Translations under genes and position numbers: made by a program
The notes under the pieces: model-generated
What the model was told of the DNA's origin: nothing
Databases searched by the model: none
The model's input: only the letters and a program-made list of their open reading frames with translations
In this document: positions 39,248 through 49,384 of the stretch, piece by piece
How positions within the stretch are numbered: the first letter of the stretch is position 1
Layout of the letters: every line of letters begins with the position of its first letter
Assembly (NCBI GenBank): GCA_026396515.1
Contig: JAPLWQ010000001.1
Coordinates: forward strand, 564-64,563
Source: Candidatus Magasanikiibacteriota bacterium
GTDB taxonomy: Bacteria > Patescibacteriota > Patescibacteriia > Magasanikbacterales > GWA2-37-8
Length of the DNA: 64,000 nucleotides
Reading direction: 5' to 3'

Positions 39248-39652
39248 ATGAAAAACAGATTGGAAGAGGGAACGGCCAAGGGCTCCAAAGAGGGGGACAA
39301 GGATTTCGTCAAGGTATTCGTACAGCGGGCGGGGAAGACCGGTTTCGAACCGTTTTTCTCGCGTCGTACGCCGCTGCGTCTCAACGGCCACACGGTGACG
39401 GTGTTCGGTAGGACCGAGCGGGGCGCGTCCGACAGGAACGTGGAGGCCTGCGAGGTCATTTTCCGGAAGATCGATGATCTGGAGCAGATTTACGACTGCG
39501 ACGCCAGCATCACCTGTTCGCGGATGAGGGTGCAGGAGAAGGTTCCTGACATCGGGCGCGTACGCCGCCATATCGCGACGAAGATCTCCGAGCACCCCTG
39601 CATCAAGGTCGACGAGAAGAAGTTCATCGAGGTCTTGAGCCACCGCGTTTAG
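39248..39652 (+). CDS. GC-rich hypothetical protein (134 aa)
   Basis: AAGGAG SD, strong GC3 bias, terminator AAAGCCGCC/GGCGGCTTT at ~39686-39718. Confidence 0.75.
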   Translation: MKNRLEEGTAKGSKEGDKDFVKVFVQRAGKTGFEPFFSRRTPLRLNGHTVTVFGRTERGASDRNVEACEVIFRKIDDLEQIYDCDASITCSRMRVQEKVPDIGRVRRHIATKISEHPCIKVDEKKFIEVLSHRV

Positions 39653-39737
39653 CGCTGCCAACATGCTTATTCTTCTTTGATTGAAAAAGCCGCCAAGGAT
39701 TTATTCCAAGGCGGCTTTATTTTTTTACTCTGATAGT

Positions 39738-41093
39738 TTAAGTGTGCTTAATAATTTCCTGAATATTTTTTATATCCACTATTTTAAGTATTTTCATTGT
39801 TAAACCGGCGCTCTTTTTTCCTAAATTGGTCAGGGCGCGCTTTAGCCCAAGCTGTTCGCATTCTTTAAGGCGTTTTTCAGTAAATGAAACAGGCCGTACT
39901 TCGCCCGATAATCCGATTTCTCCGAAAGCGGCCATATCAGAACCAAGCGGCTTATCTTTATACGCGCTGGCTATGGCTAGTGCCGCGGCGAGGTCAGCTG
40001 CCGGTTCATCGGCGGAAAGACCGCCAACCACATTTAAGTGAATATCATATTGGCTGAGTGTTAATCCGGCACGGCGTTCAAGCACGGCTACTAGCATGTG
40101 CAGGCGATTGAGGTCAAAGCCGCTTGATTTGCGCACCGGATAGCCAAAAGATGTTTTACTCACCAGTGCCTGCACTTCGCAGAGGATGGGGCGCGATCCT
40201 TCCATTAAACAAGCTACTACATTGCCTGGAGCGTTTTCCGCCCGTTCACCCAAAAAAGCGGCTGATGGATTTTTTACTTCCTGTAAGCCGTTTTCCTCCA
40301 TGGAAAAAACTCCGACTTCATCGGTTGAACCAAAACGGTTTTTGGCGGCGCGTAGTATTCTGAATTGATGAAAGCGGTCGCCCTCTAAATATAAGACAGT
40401 ATCAACCAAATGCTCTAAAGTTTTTGGTCCGGCGACAGTTCCTTCCTTGGTCACTTGCCCGATGAGTACAACTGTTAAGCGCTCGCTTTTCGCCAGATCC
40501 ATCAGTTTCACTGTGCAGGCGCGCACTTGCGCCAGATTTCCGGCTTCACCTATGGAGTCGGCAGAATAAACTGTTTGAATCGAATCGACAATCGTCAGAG
40601 CAGGCCGCTCTTTTTTTATGGTTGCGATAATTATATCAATATTTGATTCATTGCCGATTTTAAGTTTCTGCGCTTTAATGCTTAGTCTGTCGGCGCGCAA
40701 CTTGGTTTGTTCAGCCGATTCTTCGCCGGAGAGATAAAGGGCGGTTGGTAAAAAAGAAGCGAGTTGTAACGCCAGCGTTGATTTGCCGATACCCGGTTCA
40801 CCACCAAGTAAAATTAAACTTCCCGGTACAAGCCCGCCGCCAAGCACGCGGTCCAGTTCTCCGATATTCGTTTTCACCCGTGCGAAATCTTCGCTTTTAA
40901 TATCTGAAAGTGTGGAAATTTTCGCCGGCGCAAGTTCTTGAGCATCATCATTTTTTACAGACACCGTTGTCGGATTTTTATCAATCGTGCCCCATTGTCC
41001 GCATTCTAAACAGCGCCCAACCCATTTTTGGAATTGCGCGCCGCAGTGAGAGCAGGAATAAACAATATTTTGTCTGATATTTATTGAGCGCAT
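39738..41093 (-). CDS. radA: DNA repair protein RadA/Sms
   Basis: CSHC...CLEC, GGEPGIGKST, KNRFG, Lon-like C-terminus. Confidence 0.97.
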   Translation of the reverse strand: MRSINIRQNIVYSCSHCGAQFQKWVGRCLECGQWGTIDKNPTTVSVKNDDAQELAPAKISTLSDIKSEDFARVKTNIGELDRVLGGGLVPGSLILLGGEPGIGKSTLALQLASFLPTALYLSGEESAEQTKLRADRLSIKAQKLKIGNESNIDIIIATIKKERPALTIVDSIQTVYSADSIGEAGNLAQVRACTVKLMDLAKSERLTVVLIGQVTKEGTVAGPKTLEHLVDTVLYLEGDRFHQFRILRAAKNRFGSTDEVGVFSMEENGLQEVKNPSAAFLGERAENAPGNVVACLMEGSRPILCEVQALVSKTSFGYPVRKSSGFDLNRLHMLVAVLERRAGLTLSQYDIHLNVVGGLSADEPAADLAAALAIASAYKDKPLGSDMAAFGEIGLSGEVRPVSFTEKRLKECEQLGLKRALTNLGKKSAGLTMKILKIVDIKNIQEIIKHT

Positions 41094-42667
41094 TTTTTTA
41101 TCGAGTTCAAGTAGGTTTTAATATATGTCTCACCGCCAGCGACAGCAGCACATCCTTGTCCATCACGGGTGCCCCCTTGACAAAAACCAATTCTGCCTTT
41201 TGGAGAAAATGCCGGTTGTTCGCAAGCCCCAGTCGCCGATTTACAGCATAAAGGCGCTGTTTTTTCACTATTTGGAGGACAATCAAACCCTCTTTTTTGA
41301 TTTGCGAGCGGCCAAGTTACCGGTGGAATGCATGATTGTTTCAATATATCCTCCGCACTGGTGGTTTTAAGCATTGTTAACAGTGCATTTTCGTCAAAAC
41401 TTTTCGGTTGACAACCCGTACGGCTGACATAGCTTTTCCAACTCGCCAGACCCATGCCATAGACAGCGGCCCCAGCAACGGGATTGGCGGCGCCCTTCAA
41501 TGCGTTTTTTTTAATCATGGCGGCCAATATTAAGTTGCCTTCTGCGTCGGAGTTTAACCAAGAGATATAGACACCGTCCGAATCGCCTGATTTTGGACAT
41601 AAAGGGCATCCCTGAGAGTGAATTGACACTATCTCAGCTCTTCTTTTGCTAAGTAAAGTTTTTGCGTTGCTCAACATTATTTGGCCTAGACCATGGCAAC
41701 ACCCCGTGCTATTACTGACTTTCCAATTTGATTCCTTTCCTATCTGCGTGGAAAATAAACAGCCATTAATTCCTAGTTTAAAGGCAACTTCCTGAGCCGT
41801 TTTTTCAAGTGCGGGGTTTGATGAAGCTGATGAGCCTTCATTTTCCAGTCCAATATAATTTTCGTCGAACTCAATAACCTCCTCCTCGATGTAGTGGACT
41901 TGTAAAGATTTGAAAGTAGTTAAATTCGGGTTAATAGTATACATGATGAAGTATGACCCCCAGGCGAGCAGGAGTCCGATTACCGCTTGCGATATTCTTT
42001 TATTTCCGGCCGCTTTTGCCGGCCCGCCGGCCGAAGTAATAATTTGCGCTCCGGCAACGATAATCATGACAACGGCCACAATGCTTAGCGTCACTACTAA
42101 AAAATTGTAAATAGCTTTGATGTATTCAGCCAGCCAGGGAATATATATATTTCCTTCAGCGTCGGCTTCAGTTGGAGGCGGGCTGAATTGTAGGTTGGGG
42201 ATAGATATTCCCAAAACAACGTCTTTGAGTTTTAATTCCTCTTCCAGTTTTGTCATTGTTGGCGCCTTATTACATTCTTCTGGATAACTTGCCCTTGTAC
42301 ATGGTTTCCCGAATTCGCCGTGAGAGTTGCATTCACTTTGATCGCGTATCACTTCGCCATTGGCATTGCGCGGAACTGATTTATTAGCGCCATCGGTGCA
42401 GACGCAGCACCAATTGAGCATTTCGGTATCGATAGGGTTTGTGGTGCAGCCCGGATTATCATGGATACTACACGGTGTTCCCCATGAGCCATGATCTCCG
42501 CATTCCATCATATCGTAAATTTGCTGTCCACTTGCACCCACAGGGATAGTGGCACTATCGCCGCTACCGCAAACACAACACACTGCGGCTCGTGTTGCTG
42601 CCGGTGCAAAAAAAACGGTTGCAAATAATATTGTTGAAATTGTTAAAAATTTTCGGAGTCTGGTCAT
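41081..42667 (-). CDS. Secreted Cys-rich protein with VirB2/TrbC-like pilin segment and lytic transglycosylase-like domain
   Basis: Signal peptide; YIKAIYNF..VAVVMIIVAG...I.QAVIGLLL..GSY.I..TINPNL pilin pattern; QIGKES...GLGQIM SLT-like motif. Confidence 0.75.
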   Translation of the reverse strand: MTRLRKFLTISTILFATVFFAPAATRAAVCCVCGSGDSATIPVGASGQQIYDMMECGDHGSWGTPCSIHDNPGCTTNPIDTEMLNWCCVCTDGANKSVPRNANGEVIRDQSECNSHGEFGKPCTRASYPEECNKAPTMTKLEEELKLKDVVLGISIPNLQFSPPPTEADAEGNIYIPWLAEYIKAIYNFLVVTLSIVAVVMIIVAGAQIITSAGGPAKAAGNKRISQAVIGLLLAWGSYFIMYTINPNLTTFKSLQVHYIEEEVIEFDENYIGLENEGSSASSNPALEKTAQEVAFKLGINGCLFSTQIGKESNWKVSNSTGCCHGLGQIMLSNAKTLLSKRRAEIVSIHSQGCPLCPKSGDSDGVYISWLNSDAEGNLILAAMIKKNALKGAANPVAGAAVYGMGLASWKSYVSRTGCQPKSFDENALLTMLKTTSAEDILKQSCIPPVTWPLANQKRGFDCPPNSEKTAPLCCKSATGACEQPAFSPKGRIGFCQGGTRDGQGCAAVAGGETYIKTYLNSIKKCAQ

Positions 42668-42669
42668 AG

Positions 42670-43341
42670 CTAATATTTCTTTATCAGCTCGGTGAGAAAA
42701 GCATCAATATCAACCTCTGTTAAATAATTTACTTTCCGGTTATTAACAAAAATTTCCGGCGCTTTTTTCAGCCCAAGAGCTTCAGCTAAAGACACGGCTG
42801 ATTCAATGCGAGCTTTTGCCTCTGATGAATCCAAACAGATTTTTAAAGTTGTTGTGTTGAGTTTCACCACTTCCGCGACAGCCAGTAGCGTTTTCTCCTC
42901 GTTGAACCCTTTTCTGTATTTCATCAACTCATTCAGATATGGCCAAAATTTCTTACTATCTTGTTTTTGCGCGCAAAAAGCGGCATAGTGCGGCCGGTAA
43001 TTACTTGATGAAAAAAACCCTTTGTCAGGATAATCCTTGAATATCAGGCGAATTTCAGTGGGGTGTTCTTCAATAAATTTTGCCAATTTTTGATGCGCTT
43101 GCCGGCTTTCAGTTGAATTAATATCGACAAATTCTACGATGGTCATAGGCGCCCCCTGATTTCCAAGCAGGGGATCATTTATATCCAGCGGAATCATTAC
43201 CGAAGTTGGTTCAATAAGCGGCCGCTCGCTTTTTTCCACAGATACTTTATTAAATATGGAGAGCTGGCGCGCCAACATCAGGGCTGTAATAACCACAGCG
43301 ACAATCAGCAAAATTATAAATTTTTTGAATCCCGAAGTCAT
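42670..43341 (-). CDS. Membrane-anchored DsbA/thioredoxin-fold protein lacking CXXC
   Basis: DPLLGN..APMTIVEF.D, LIFKDYP, AAFCA..Q..KFW, APEIFVN. Confidence 0.8.
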   Translation of the reverse strand: MTSGFKKFIILLIVAVVITALMLARQLSIFNKVSVEKSERPLIEPTSVMIPLDINDPLLGNQGAPMTIVEFVDINSTESRQAHQKLAKFIEEHPTEIRLIFKDYPDKGFFSSSNYRPHYAAFCAQKQDSKKFWPYLNELMKYRKGFNEEKTLLAVAEVVKLNTTTLKICLDSSEAKARIESAVSLAEALGLKKAPEIFVNNRKVNYLTEVDIDAFLTELIKKY

Positions 43342-43343
43342 AA

Positions 43344-44570
43344 TTATAGTTTTACTTCGAAAACGCCGCTTTGCGACGGGTCGGTAAATAATAAGCGGTT
43401 ATTCGTGTCGTCAACAGATAAATTATTGATTGAATAATCACCGCCGGTACTAATCGTAGTTTTCAAGCCGGTTATTAAATCAATTTTATACAGATCGTCG
43501 GTTGTACCGGCTGCTATTCCCGGTTTGATGCCGGCGCCTTGCGGCAGAGTGCGAGGTACGGCGCAGTACATTGTTGAATCGCCGCTGAAAGTGCATTTTT
43601 CCGCCCAGGTGGCCAGACCAAGGTTCTGCCGTCCGGATCCGATTTCCTGGCCGTATGAATTTACCACCCAAAGCTCGGGTTTGAAGTCACTTCGGTCGCT
43701 ATAAACACTGTAAGCCAATTTTTTTCCGGTCGGTGACCATTTTGGTTCAAAGCCTAGACCCTCCACGATTGTAGATTTAAAATTTTCACCATTCAAGCCG
43801 ACAAAGAATATTTCTTTGCGGTACATTCCTATACCGCGGGCGGTCAGGGCGAAAGCTACCGCCTGCTTGCTGGGCGACCAGTCGACAATTACTTTGTCCT
43901 GGTTTTCTCCCATTGGTTCAACTAATTTGGTGCCGGAACCGTCATCGTTTATTGTGACCAACCATCTGTTTTCCGGAGACAACCCCACCGCTTTGGCAGC
44001 CACTTCTTTGCTGTCCGCAGAAAAAGAAAAATCCTCCCAGTGCTTTGGTATGGTAACCTGTTTTTGAGTTTCAAAGTTATATATTATTTTTGAACCGTCA
44101 GGATATTCCAATACCGCCTTGTCCGCGCTGTTCGCCCAGGTCGTTTTGCTGACATTATAAAACGCTTGATCACTTAATGTTTTAACGGTTCCGTCAGGTA
44201 ATATGCGATAAAATTTTCCGTCTGTCGCGTCATAATAGCGATAGTTGCCGTTTTGGGCGAGTGATGGGTAAGTGGTAACAGTGTTGGTAATTTTTGTAAC
44301 CGCTTCGGTACGGTAATAACTCGGTTGTACGCCGGGAATATATCCGGCTACCGGTAAAGTGGTAGTGACTTCTCCGCTCGGAAGAGTGGTAGTGACACGA
44401 CCGCCGGAAGGCGGCAGCCCGCCCGGTACGGTTGGCGTGGCAGTTGGTGTAGGCAGAATTCCGGCCAGCGGCCCGGCTTTTTTAAATAAGTAGTATAGCG
44501 CGAAGGCAAGAAGCGCTGTCACGGCCAGAAGCGCGACAACGAGCAATATCCTTTTTGTTCTATCAGACAT
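43344..44570 (-). CDS. N-terminally anchored beta-propeller (TolB-like) protein
   Basis: TM helix, Pro/Thr linker, repeated WSP/FS-type blades (WSPSK, WSPTGKKLAYS). Confidence 0.75.
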   Translation of the reverse strand: MSDRTKRILLVVALLAVTALLAFALYYLFKKAGPLAGILPTPTATPTVPGGLPPSGGRVTTTLPSGEVTTTLPVAGYIPGVQPSYYRTEAVTKITNTVTTYPSLAQNGNYRYYDATDGKFYRILPDGTVKTLSDQAFYNVSKTTWANSADKAVLEYPDGSKIIYNFETQKQVTIPKHWEDFSFSADSKEVAAKAVGLSPENRWLVTINDDGSGTKLVEPMGENQDKVIVDWSPSKQAVAFALTARGIGMYRKEIFFVGLNGENFKSTIVEGLGFEPKWSPTGKKLAYSVYSDRSDFKPELWVVNSYGQEIGSGRQNLGLATWAEKCTFSGDSTMYCAVPRTLPQGAGIKPGIAAGTTDDLYKIDLITGLKTTISTGGDYSINNLSVDDTNNRLLFTDPSQSGVFEVKL

Positions 44571-44586
44571 ATTAAGATAAGCGTTT

Positions 44587-45408
44587 TTAATATTTAAAAG
44601 ATGTTTTTGCGCCAAGATTTGATAATTGGTTAATTTGACGATTTATTCTCAGGAGCTGTTGGCGTAACGGTCTGGCACGTTGATCGCGTTGTTTTTCCAG
44701 GGTTTTGCGGAGTGTTTTCAATTTATTTTCTAAAGACTGTGTTTTCAGTGACGGGGCCCCCATACTGATTCCGGCAAGCCATAATAGTCCGATCGTCATA
44801 ATGCCGAGTATGGAAAGAAGCGGTAAAACTATAGTGTACCAAAGAGCAAAACCCCCAGCACAGATTCTTATCCATTTTACGGCATTTTTAGTCCGGTCGG
44901 TTGCCTTTGAAATAAAAATCTGTTTATTTATTGGAGAAAGTCCTTTTTCCACTTCTTTTTGCAACCCTTGCATTTGGCGATTAATTTTTAAACTGGCTGT
45001 TCGCAGCTCATTAATTTTCGGTTGGCCCGCCCGTGCGCGCTGCTCTAAACCGCCGGCCATCTGTTCCTGGGCCATCATGGCTTGCTCTTCTTCGCTACCT
45101 TCTTCTTCTCCGCCTTCTTCGCCCTCCCTTCCACCCCTTTCTTCCGCACCCTCTTCGCCTTCTTCGGCCTGCTCTTCCTCTGTTGGTTTTTCCGGCAATT
45201 CGCCGATTTCCGGATGTTCCATACCGGCGAATTCAGTTGCCGGACCGACATCTTGCTTCGCCAGATAGTCGGGTTCTTTTTTTGCTCTTTTTTCTATTGC
45301 CCTGCGTCTTTGCAATTCAGTGGCACGTCTTTCAAGGTCGGTGGGCTCGTCGTCATAAGGCGACCTGGCATTAGAATCAATAGTATCTTGTGGCGCTGGA
45401 TTGGCCAT
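44587..45408 (-). CDS. Hypothetical membrane protein with acidic N-terminus and coiled coils
   Basis: Glu/Gly-rich tract, hydrophobic hairpin, flanking basic coiled coils. Confidence 0.8.
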   Translation of the reverse strand: MANPAPQDTIDSNARSPYDDEPTDLERRATELQRRRAIEKRAKKEPDYLAKQDVGPATEFAGMEHPEIGELPEKPTEEEQAEEGEEGAEERGGREGEEGGEEEGSEEEQAMMAQEQMAGGLEQRARAGQPKINELRTASLKINRQMQGLQKEVEKGLSPINKQIFISKATDRTKNAVKWIRICAGGFALWYTIVLPLLSILGIMTIGLLWLAGISMGAPSLKTQSLENKLKTLRKTLEKQRDQRARPLRQQLLRINRQINQLSNLGAKTSFKY

Positions 45409-45412
45409 AGAT

Positions 45413-47941
45413 TTATTTCAGATTAATGGTGGATCCGAATTCGGCGATTAGTGCGTAAGATTTTTTTGGCTTGCTTTTTAAAATTATGTCCGCCATTATT
45501 TTTTCCACCTCGGCCCGTATTTTTTGCCGGATATCTCGGGCATTGATATTTTTTTCTTCCAGTCCTTTTATTAGTTCATGCATAGTTACTCCATCAGCGG
45601 AAATTTTTGTTTGGTATTTTTTAAGCTGACGGTTTAACGAATCGATTTCTAAAAACGCAATTTTCGCCAAATCATTTATTGACAGTTCATTAAATACACA
45701 GACGCAGTCAAGACGGTTTATCAGTTCGGGGGAGAATCGTTCTTTGAGTTTTTCCCGTATCTTTGTACGGCTTTCTTTTGCCATTAGATTGCCCGGCGTG
45801 AAACCAAACGCGCCTTTTTTCAGCTCATCGGCGCCGTAGGATGTGGTTAATATTATTATAGCATGTTTTAGGGATATTTTCTTGCCTGTTGAGTCGGTAA
45901 TGCGCCCCTCTTCCAGTATTTGCAGGAGCAATTTCAATATGTCCGGATGCGCCTTATCTATTTCGTCAAAAAGTACCACAGAATATGGCTGGAGTTTGAG
46001 CCGGTCGGTGAATTGGTTGGCCTCCTTATAACCTATATATCCGGCCGGAGAACCGAGCAATTTTGACGCGCCGTATGATTCGCTGAATTCCGACATGTCC
46101 AGCCGGATTAAAGCATCTTGTCCCGGGTAAAGCGCTTCAGAGAGTGATTTACCCAGTTCCGTTTTTCCCACGCCCGAAGATCCGACAAATAGAAAAGAGG
46201 CGATCGGCTTGTCCGGGCTGGAAAGACCGAGTTCGGCACGCCGGATTAATCCGACCACCTGATCAATGGTTTCATCCTGGCCGATAATTCTCTGCCCGAG
46301 TTCTTTGGAGAGTTTAATAAATTTTTGGCCGCTGTTAGAGGTCAATTCCGAGGGCTCCACGCCGGTCATTTTCGCGACCTGCGCCAGAACATCGTGAGCG
46401 GTTACAACACCGAGGATTGCGATGCCCTTTTTACTTACAGTTTTTTCCATTTTTTCAATTTCCACAGCCAGCTGCGCTTCTCTTTCTTTAAGTTTTAAGG
46501 CCTCGTCAAACCGGTCGTCAAAGGCCGCGGTTTCCTTGTTGGCACGGACTTTTTTTAACTCGTCGCGGAGTGCAAAAAGCGTTTCTTCATCAGGAGAATT
46601 TCTTACTGAAAGTCTTTTTGCAGCTGCGGTTTCGTCGATTAAATCAATCGCCTTATCCGGCAAAAATTTTCCTGAAACATACCGGGCGGATAATGTTACA
46701 GCCGCGTCGGCGGCCTTGTCTTCAATTTTCACCTGGTGGAACGATTCAAAATTTTTCTTTATGCCTCTCAATATTTTTTCCGCCTCGGCAATATTCGGTT
46801 CGCGCACTATAATCGGCATAAATCGCCGTTCCAGCGCCGCGTCGCTTTCAAAAAATTTCTTGTACTCCGCCGGCGTAGTGGAGCCGATGCAGTGAATTTG
46901 TCCGCGGGCAAGAGCCGGTTTTAGCAGATTGGCCGCGTCCATTGAGCCCTGCGATGAGCCGGCACCGACAATATTGTGAATTTCGTCAATGAAAAGAATT
47001 ATTTCCGAATCGGCAACCGCCTCGTCAATTAAATCTTTCAGGCGCGACTCAAATTCTCCGCGGTAAATTGTGCCGGCTACTAGCAGCCCCAGATCCACTG
47101 AATATATTTTTTTTCGGCGCAGTTTGTCCGGTACGGCTCCCTCGATAATTTTTTTTGCCAGTCCTTCAACAATTGCTGTTTTTCCCACGCCCGGATCGCC
47201 AAGGAGAATCGGATTATTTTTTGTTCTGCGCGACAATATTTGTATCAGACGTTCAACTTCCTGTTCGCGCCCGACCAGCGGATCAATATTTTTTTGGTTG
47301 TCAGGGTCGGTGAGATTGACGGCAAAATATTCCAGCGCCGAATCGGAGTTTTTCTCATTTTTTCGCTTGCTTTTACGCGGTTTCCGCACCGGCTGTGCCG
47401 TTGATGGTCCTAATAGATTTTCCTGAATGTGTTCGGCTGCCTCGGCCACATCGTCTAGGCCGGGGAATTGTGAAGCGTTGGCGAGTATTGAATCAATTTC
47501 TTTAGTGATGGCCTCAATTTTTAAATTACTCACCTTAAAAAACTCTTTCAATTTAATATCGTCCAAATCTAAAAGTGCGGCGAGCAGGTGCTCGGAACCG
47601 AGATAATTATGTCCGTTTTTTTGCGCCACAATCAGCGCTTTTTCCAAGGCGATTTTTGACAGCGCGGAAAGAGGAGGAATTTGTGCAGAAGCAATTGATT
47701 TGTCCAATAAAATTTTTTCCGCTCCCGGTTCTGTCGGCACGGCAAATATCATCTGCTCTAAAATTTTTACGTCCGGTTTAGCATGGCTGATAATTTCTGC
47801 CGCCACTGAACCCTTTTCATTAATTAGAGCGAACAGCAAATGTAGCGGTTCAATTTCACGGTGTTTTAATTCCGAGGCGATTTGCATCGCCTTAGCTAAA
47901 ATTTCTTTTAAGTGAGTGGAAAATCGGTCAAGAATGTCCAT
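45413..47941 (-). CDS. clpC: ClpC-type ATP-dependent Clp protease ATP-binding subunit
   Basis: Clp-N repeats, GDPGVGKT, LPDKAIDLIDE, short UVR-like middle domain, GSSGVGKT, FGF loop. Confidence 0.88.
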   Translation of the reverse strand: MDILDRFSTHLKEILAKAMQIASELKHREIEPLHLLFALINEKGSVAAEIISHAKPDVKILEQMIFAVPTEPGAEKILLDKSIASAQIPPLSALSKIALEKALIVAQKNGHNYLGSEHLLAALLDLDDIKLKEFFKVSNLKIEAITKEIDSILANASQFPGLDDVAEAAEHIQENLLGPSTAQPVRKPRKSKRKNEKNSDSALEYFAVNLTDPDNQKNIDPLVGREQEVERLIQILSRRTKNNPILLGDPGVGKTAIVEGLAKKIIEGAVPDKLRRKKIYSVDLGLLVAGTIYRGEFESRLKDLIDEAVADSEIILFIDEIHNIVGAGSSQGSMDAANLLKPALARGQIHCIGSTTPAEYKKFFESDAALERRFMPIIVREPNIAEAEKILRGIKKNFESFHQVKIEDKAADAAVTLSARYVSGKFLPDKAIDLIDETAAAKRLSVRNSPDEETLFALRDELKKVRANKETAAFDDRFDEALKLKEREAQLAVEIEKMEKTVSKKGIAILGVVTAHDVLAQVAKMTGVEPSELTSNSGQKFIKLSKELGQRIIGQDETIDQVVGLIRRAELGLSSPDKPIASFLFVGSSGVGKTELGKSLSEALYPGQDALIRLDMSEFSESYGASKLLGSPAGYIGYKEANQFTDRLKLQPYSVVLFDEIDKAHPDILKLLLQILEEGRITDSTGKKISLKHAIIILTTSYGADELKKGAFGFTPGNLMAKESRTKIREKLKERFSPELINRLDCVCVFNELSINDLAKIAFLEIDSLNRQLKKYQTKISADGVTMHELIKGLEEKNINARDIRQKIRAEVEKIMADIILKSKPKKSYALIAEFGSTINLK

Positions 47942-48015
47942 ATTTATTTGATAATTATTTGCGGCTATTATATAATGAATAACACTTGAAGTCAAAGCTA
48001 ATTTTTCTCTAAACT

Positions 48016-49380
48016 ATGAGCATTCCGAACATTTTTAAGGCCTACGATGTGCGTGGGGTTTACCCCGATGAATTGAATGAAGAGATGGTCGAAAAAATCG
48101 CCCGAGCTTTTGTGTTTTTAAGAAAAGACGAGCTGAAAAAAAATGGGCTTAAGGTTGTGGTCGGCCGCGACATGCGCCTATCTTCGCCGTCTCTCCGTAA
48201 CGCGGTTATTCGAGGACTAACTGATCAAGGCGCTGATGTAATTGACGTGGGCTTGGTTTCCGCCCCGACTTTTTATTTTGCCATCTGCCGTCTCAAAGCT
48301 GACGGCGGCCTAATGGTCTCCGCTTCTCACAATCCCAAAGAGTACAATGGTATAAAAATTACGCGGGAAAATGCTAAACCTCTCGGCGCGGGAAATGGAA
48401 TGGAGGAAATTAAACAAATGACCGAGGCTGGTGGTTTTTCTGAGCCGGAGAAAAAGGGCGAAGTTGAATTGCGCGAAGGAGTTTTGGACGAGCAGGTTAA
48501 ATATGAAGAGCAGGGGATTGATCTGAAACAAATTCGCAAATTTAAAATTGTGGCTGACCCGGCCAATGCGATGGGAGCGCAATATTTGGAAGCCCTGTTT
48601 AAAGATCTGCCACAGTTGGAACTTTTCAAAATGAATTTTGAACTTGACGGCACTTTTCCGGCGCATCAGGCCGATCCTTTTCAGGATAAAAATGTCGCGG
48701 ATTTAAAGAAAAAAGTTTTGGCGGAAAAGGCAGATCTGGGTATTGCCACCGACGGCGACGGCGACCGGATATTTTTTATTGACAACGAGGGTGAGCTGCT
48801 GGAACCGGCAATTTTGCGCGGTATTATGGCCAAAATTTTCCTTCGTGAGTTTCCGGGTGCGACCATTTGCTACGATATCCGGCCGGGAAAAATTACCGAG
48901 GATATGATTTTGGAAAACGGCGGTGTGCCATCGGTTACTCGCGTCGGGCACTCGCTTATCAAAAAGCAGATGCTGGAAGTGGGGGCCGTATTTGGCGGAG
49001 AATCATCCGGGCATTTTTTCGTAAAATTTCCGCACGGAGTTTATGAAGCGCCGATGCTGGTGGTTTTGAAATTACTTTTGGAATTAACGGAGACGGATAA
49101 AAATTTGGCCGATTATGCCAGGCCGCTCCGCAAATATTTTCATTCGGGCGAGATAAATTTTAAGGTGGAGGATAAAGCGGGGGTTTTGGCGCGAGTGAGT
49201 GAAAAATATTCAGACGCTGAATTAAACGAACTGGATGGATTGACTTTCACTTATCCGAATTATTGGTTTAACGTACGTTTGAGCAACACCGAATCATTGG
49301 TAAGGTTGAATTTGGAAGCGACGAGCAAAGAATTAATGGAGGAAAAAACAAAAGAAGTCAGTGGTATTATTAATTTGTAA
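48016..49380 (+). CDS. Phosphomannomutase/phosphoglucomutase
   Basis: FKAYDVRG, SASHNP, DGDGDR, GGESSGH, RLSNTE. Confidence 0.95.
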   Translation: MSIPNIFKAYDVRGVYPDELNEEMVEKIARAFVFLRKDELKKNGLKVVVGRDMRLSSPSLRNAVIRGLTDQGADVIDVGLVSAPTFYFAICRLKADGGLMVSASHNPKEYNGIKITRENAKPLGAGNGMEEIKQMTEAGGFSEPEKKGEVELREGVLDEQVKYEEQGIDLKQIRKFKIVADPANAMGAQYLEALFKDLPQLELFKMNFELDGTFPAHQADPFQDKNVADLKKKVLAEKADLGIATDGDGDRIFFIDNEGELLEPAILRGIMAKIFLREFPGATICYDIRPGKITEDMILENGGVPSVTRVGHSLIKKQMLEVGAVFGGESSGHFFVKFPHGVYEAPMLVVLKLLLELTETDKNLADYARPLRKYFHSGEINFKVEDKAGVLARVSEKYSDAELNELDGLTFTYPNYWFNVRLSNTESLVRLNLEATSKELMEEKTKEVSGIINL

Positions 49381-49384
49381 TATT

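Noticed and set aside
39233-39664. 143-aa minus-strand ORF
   Set aside because: Antisense to the plus-strand gene that has a promoter, SD and terminator.
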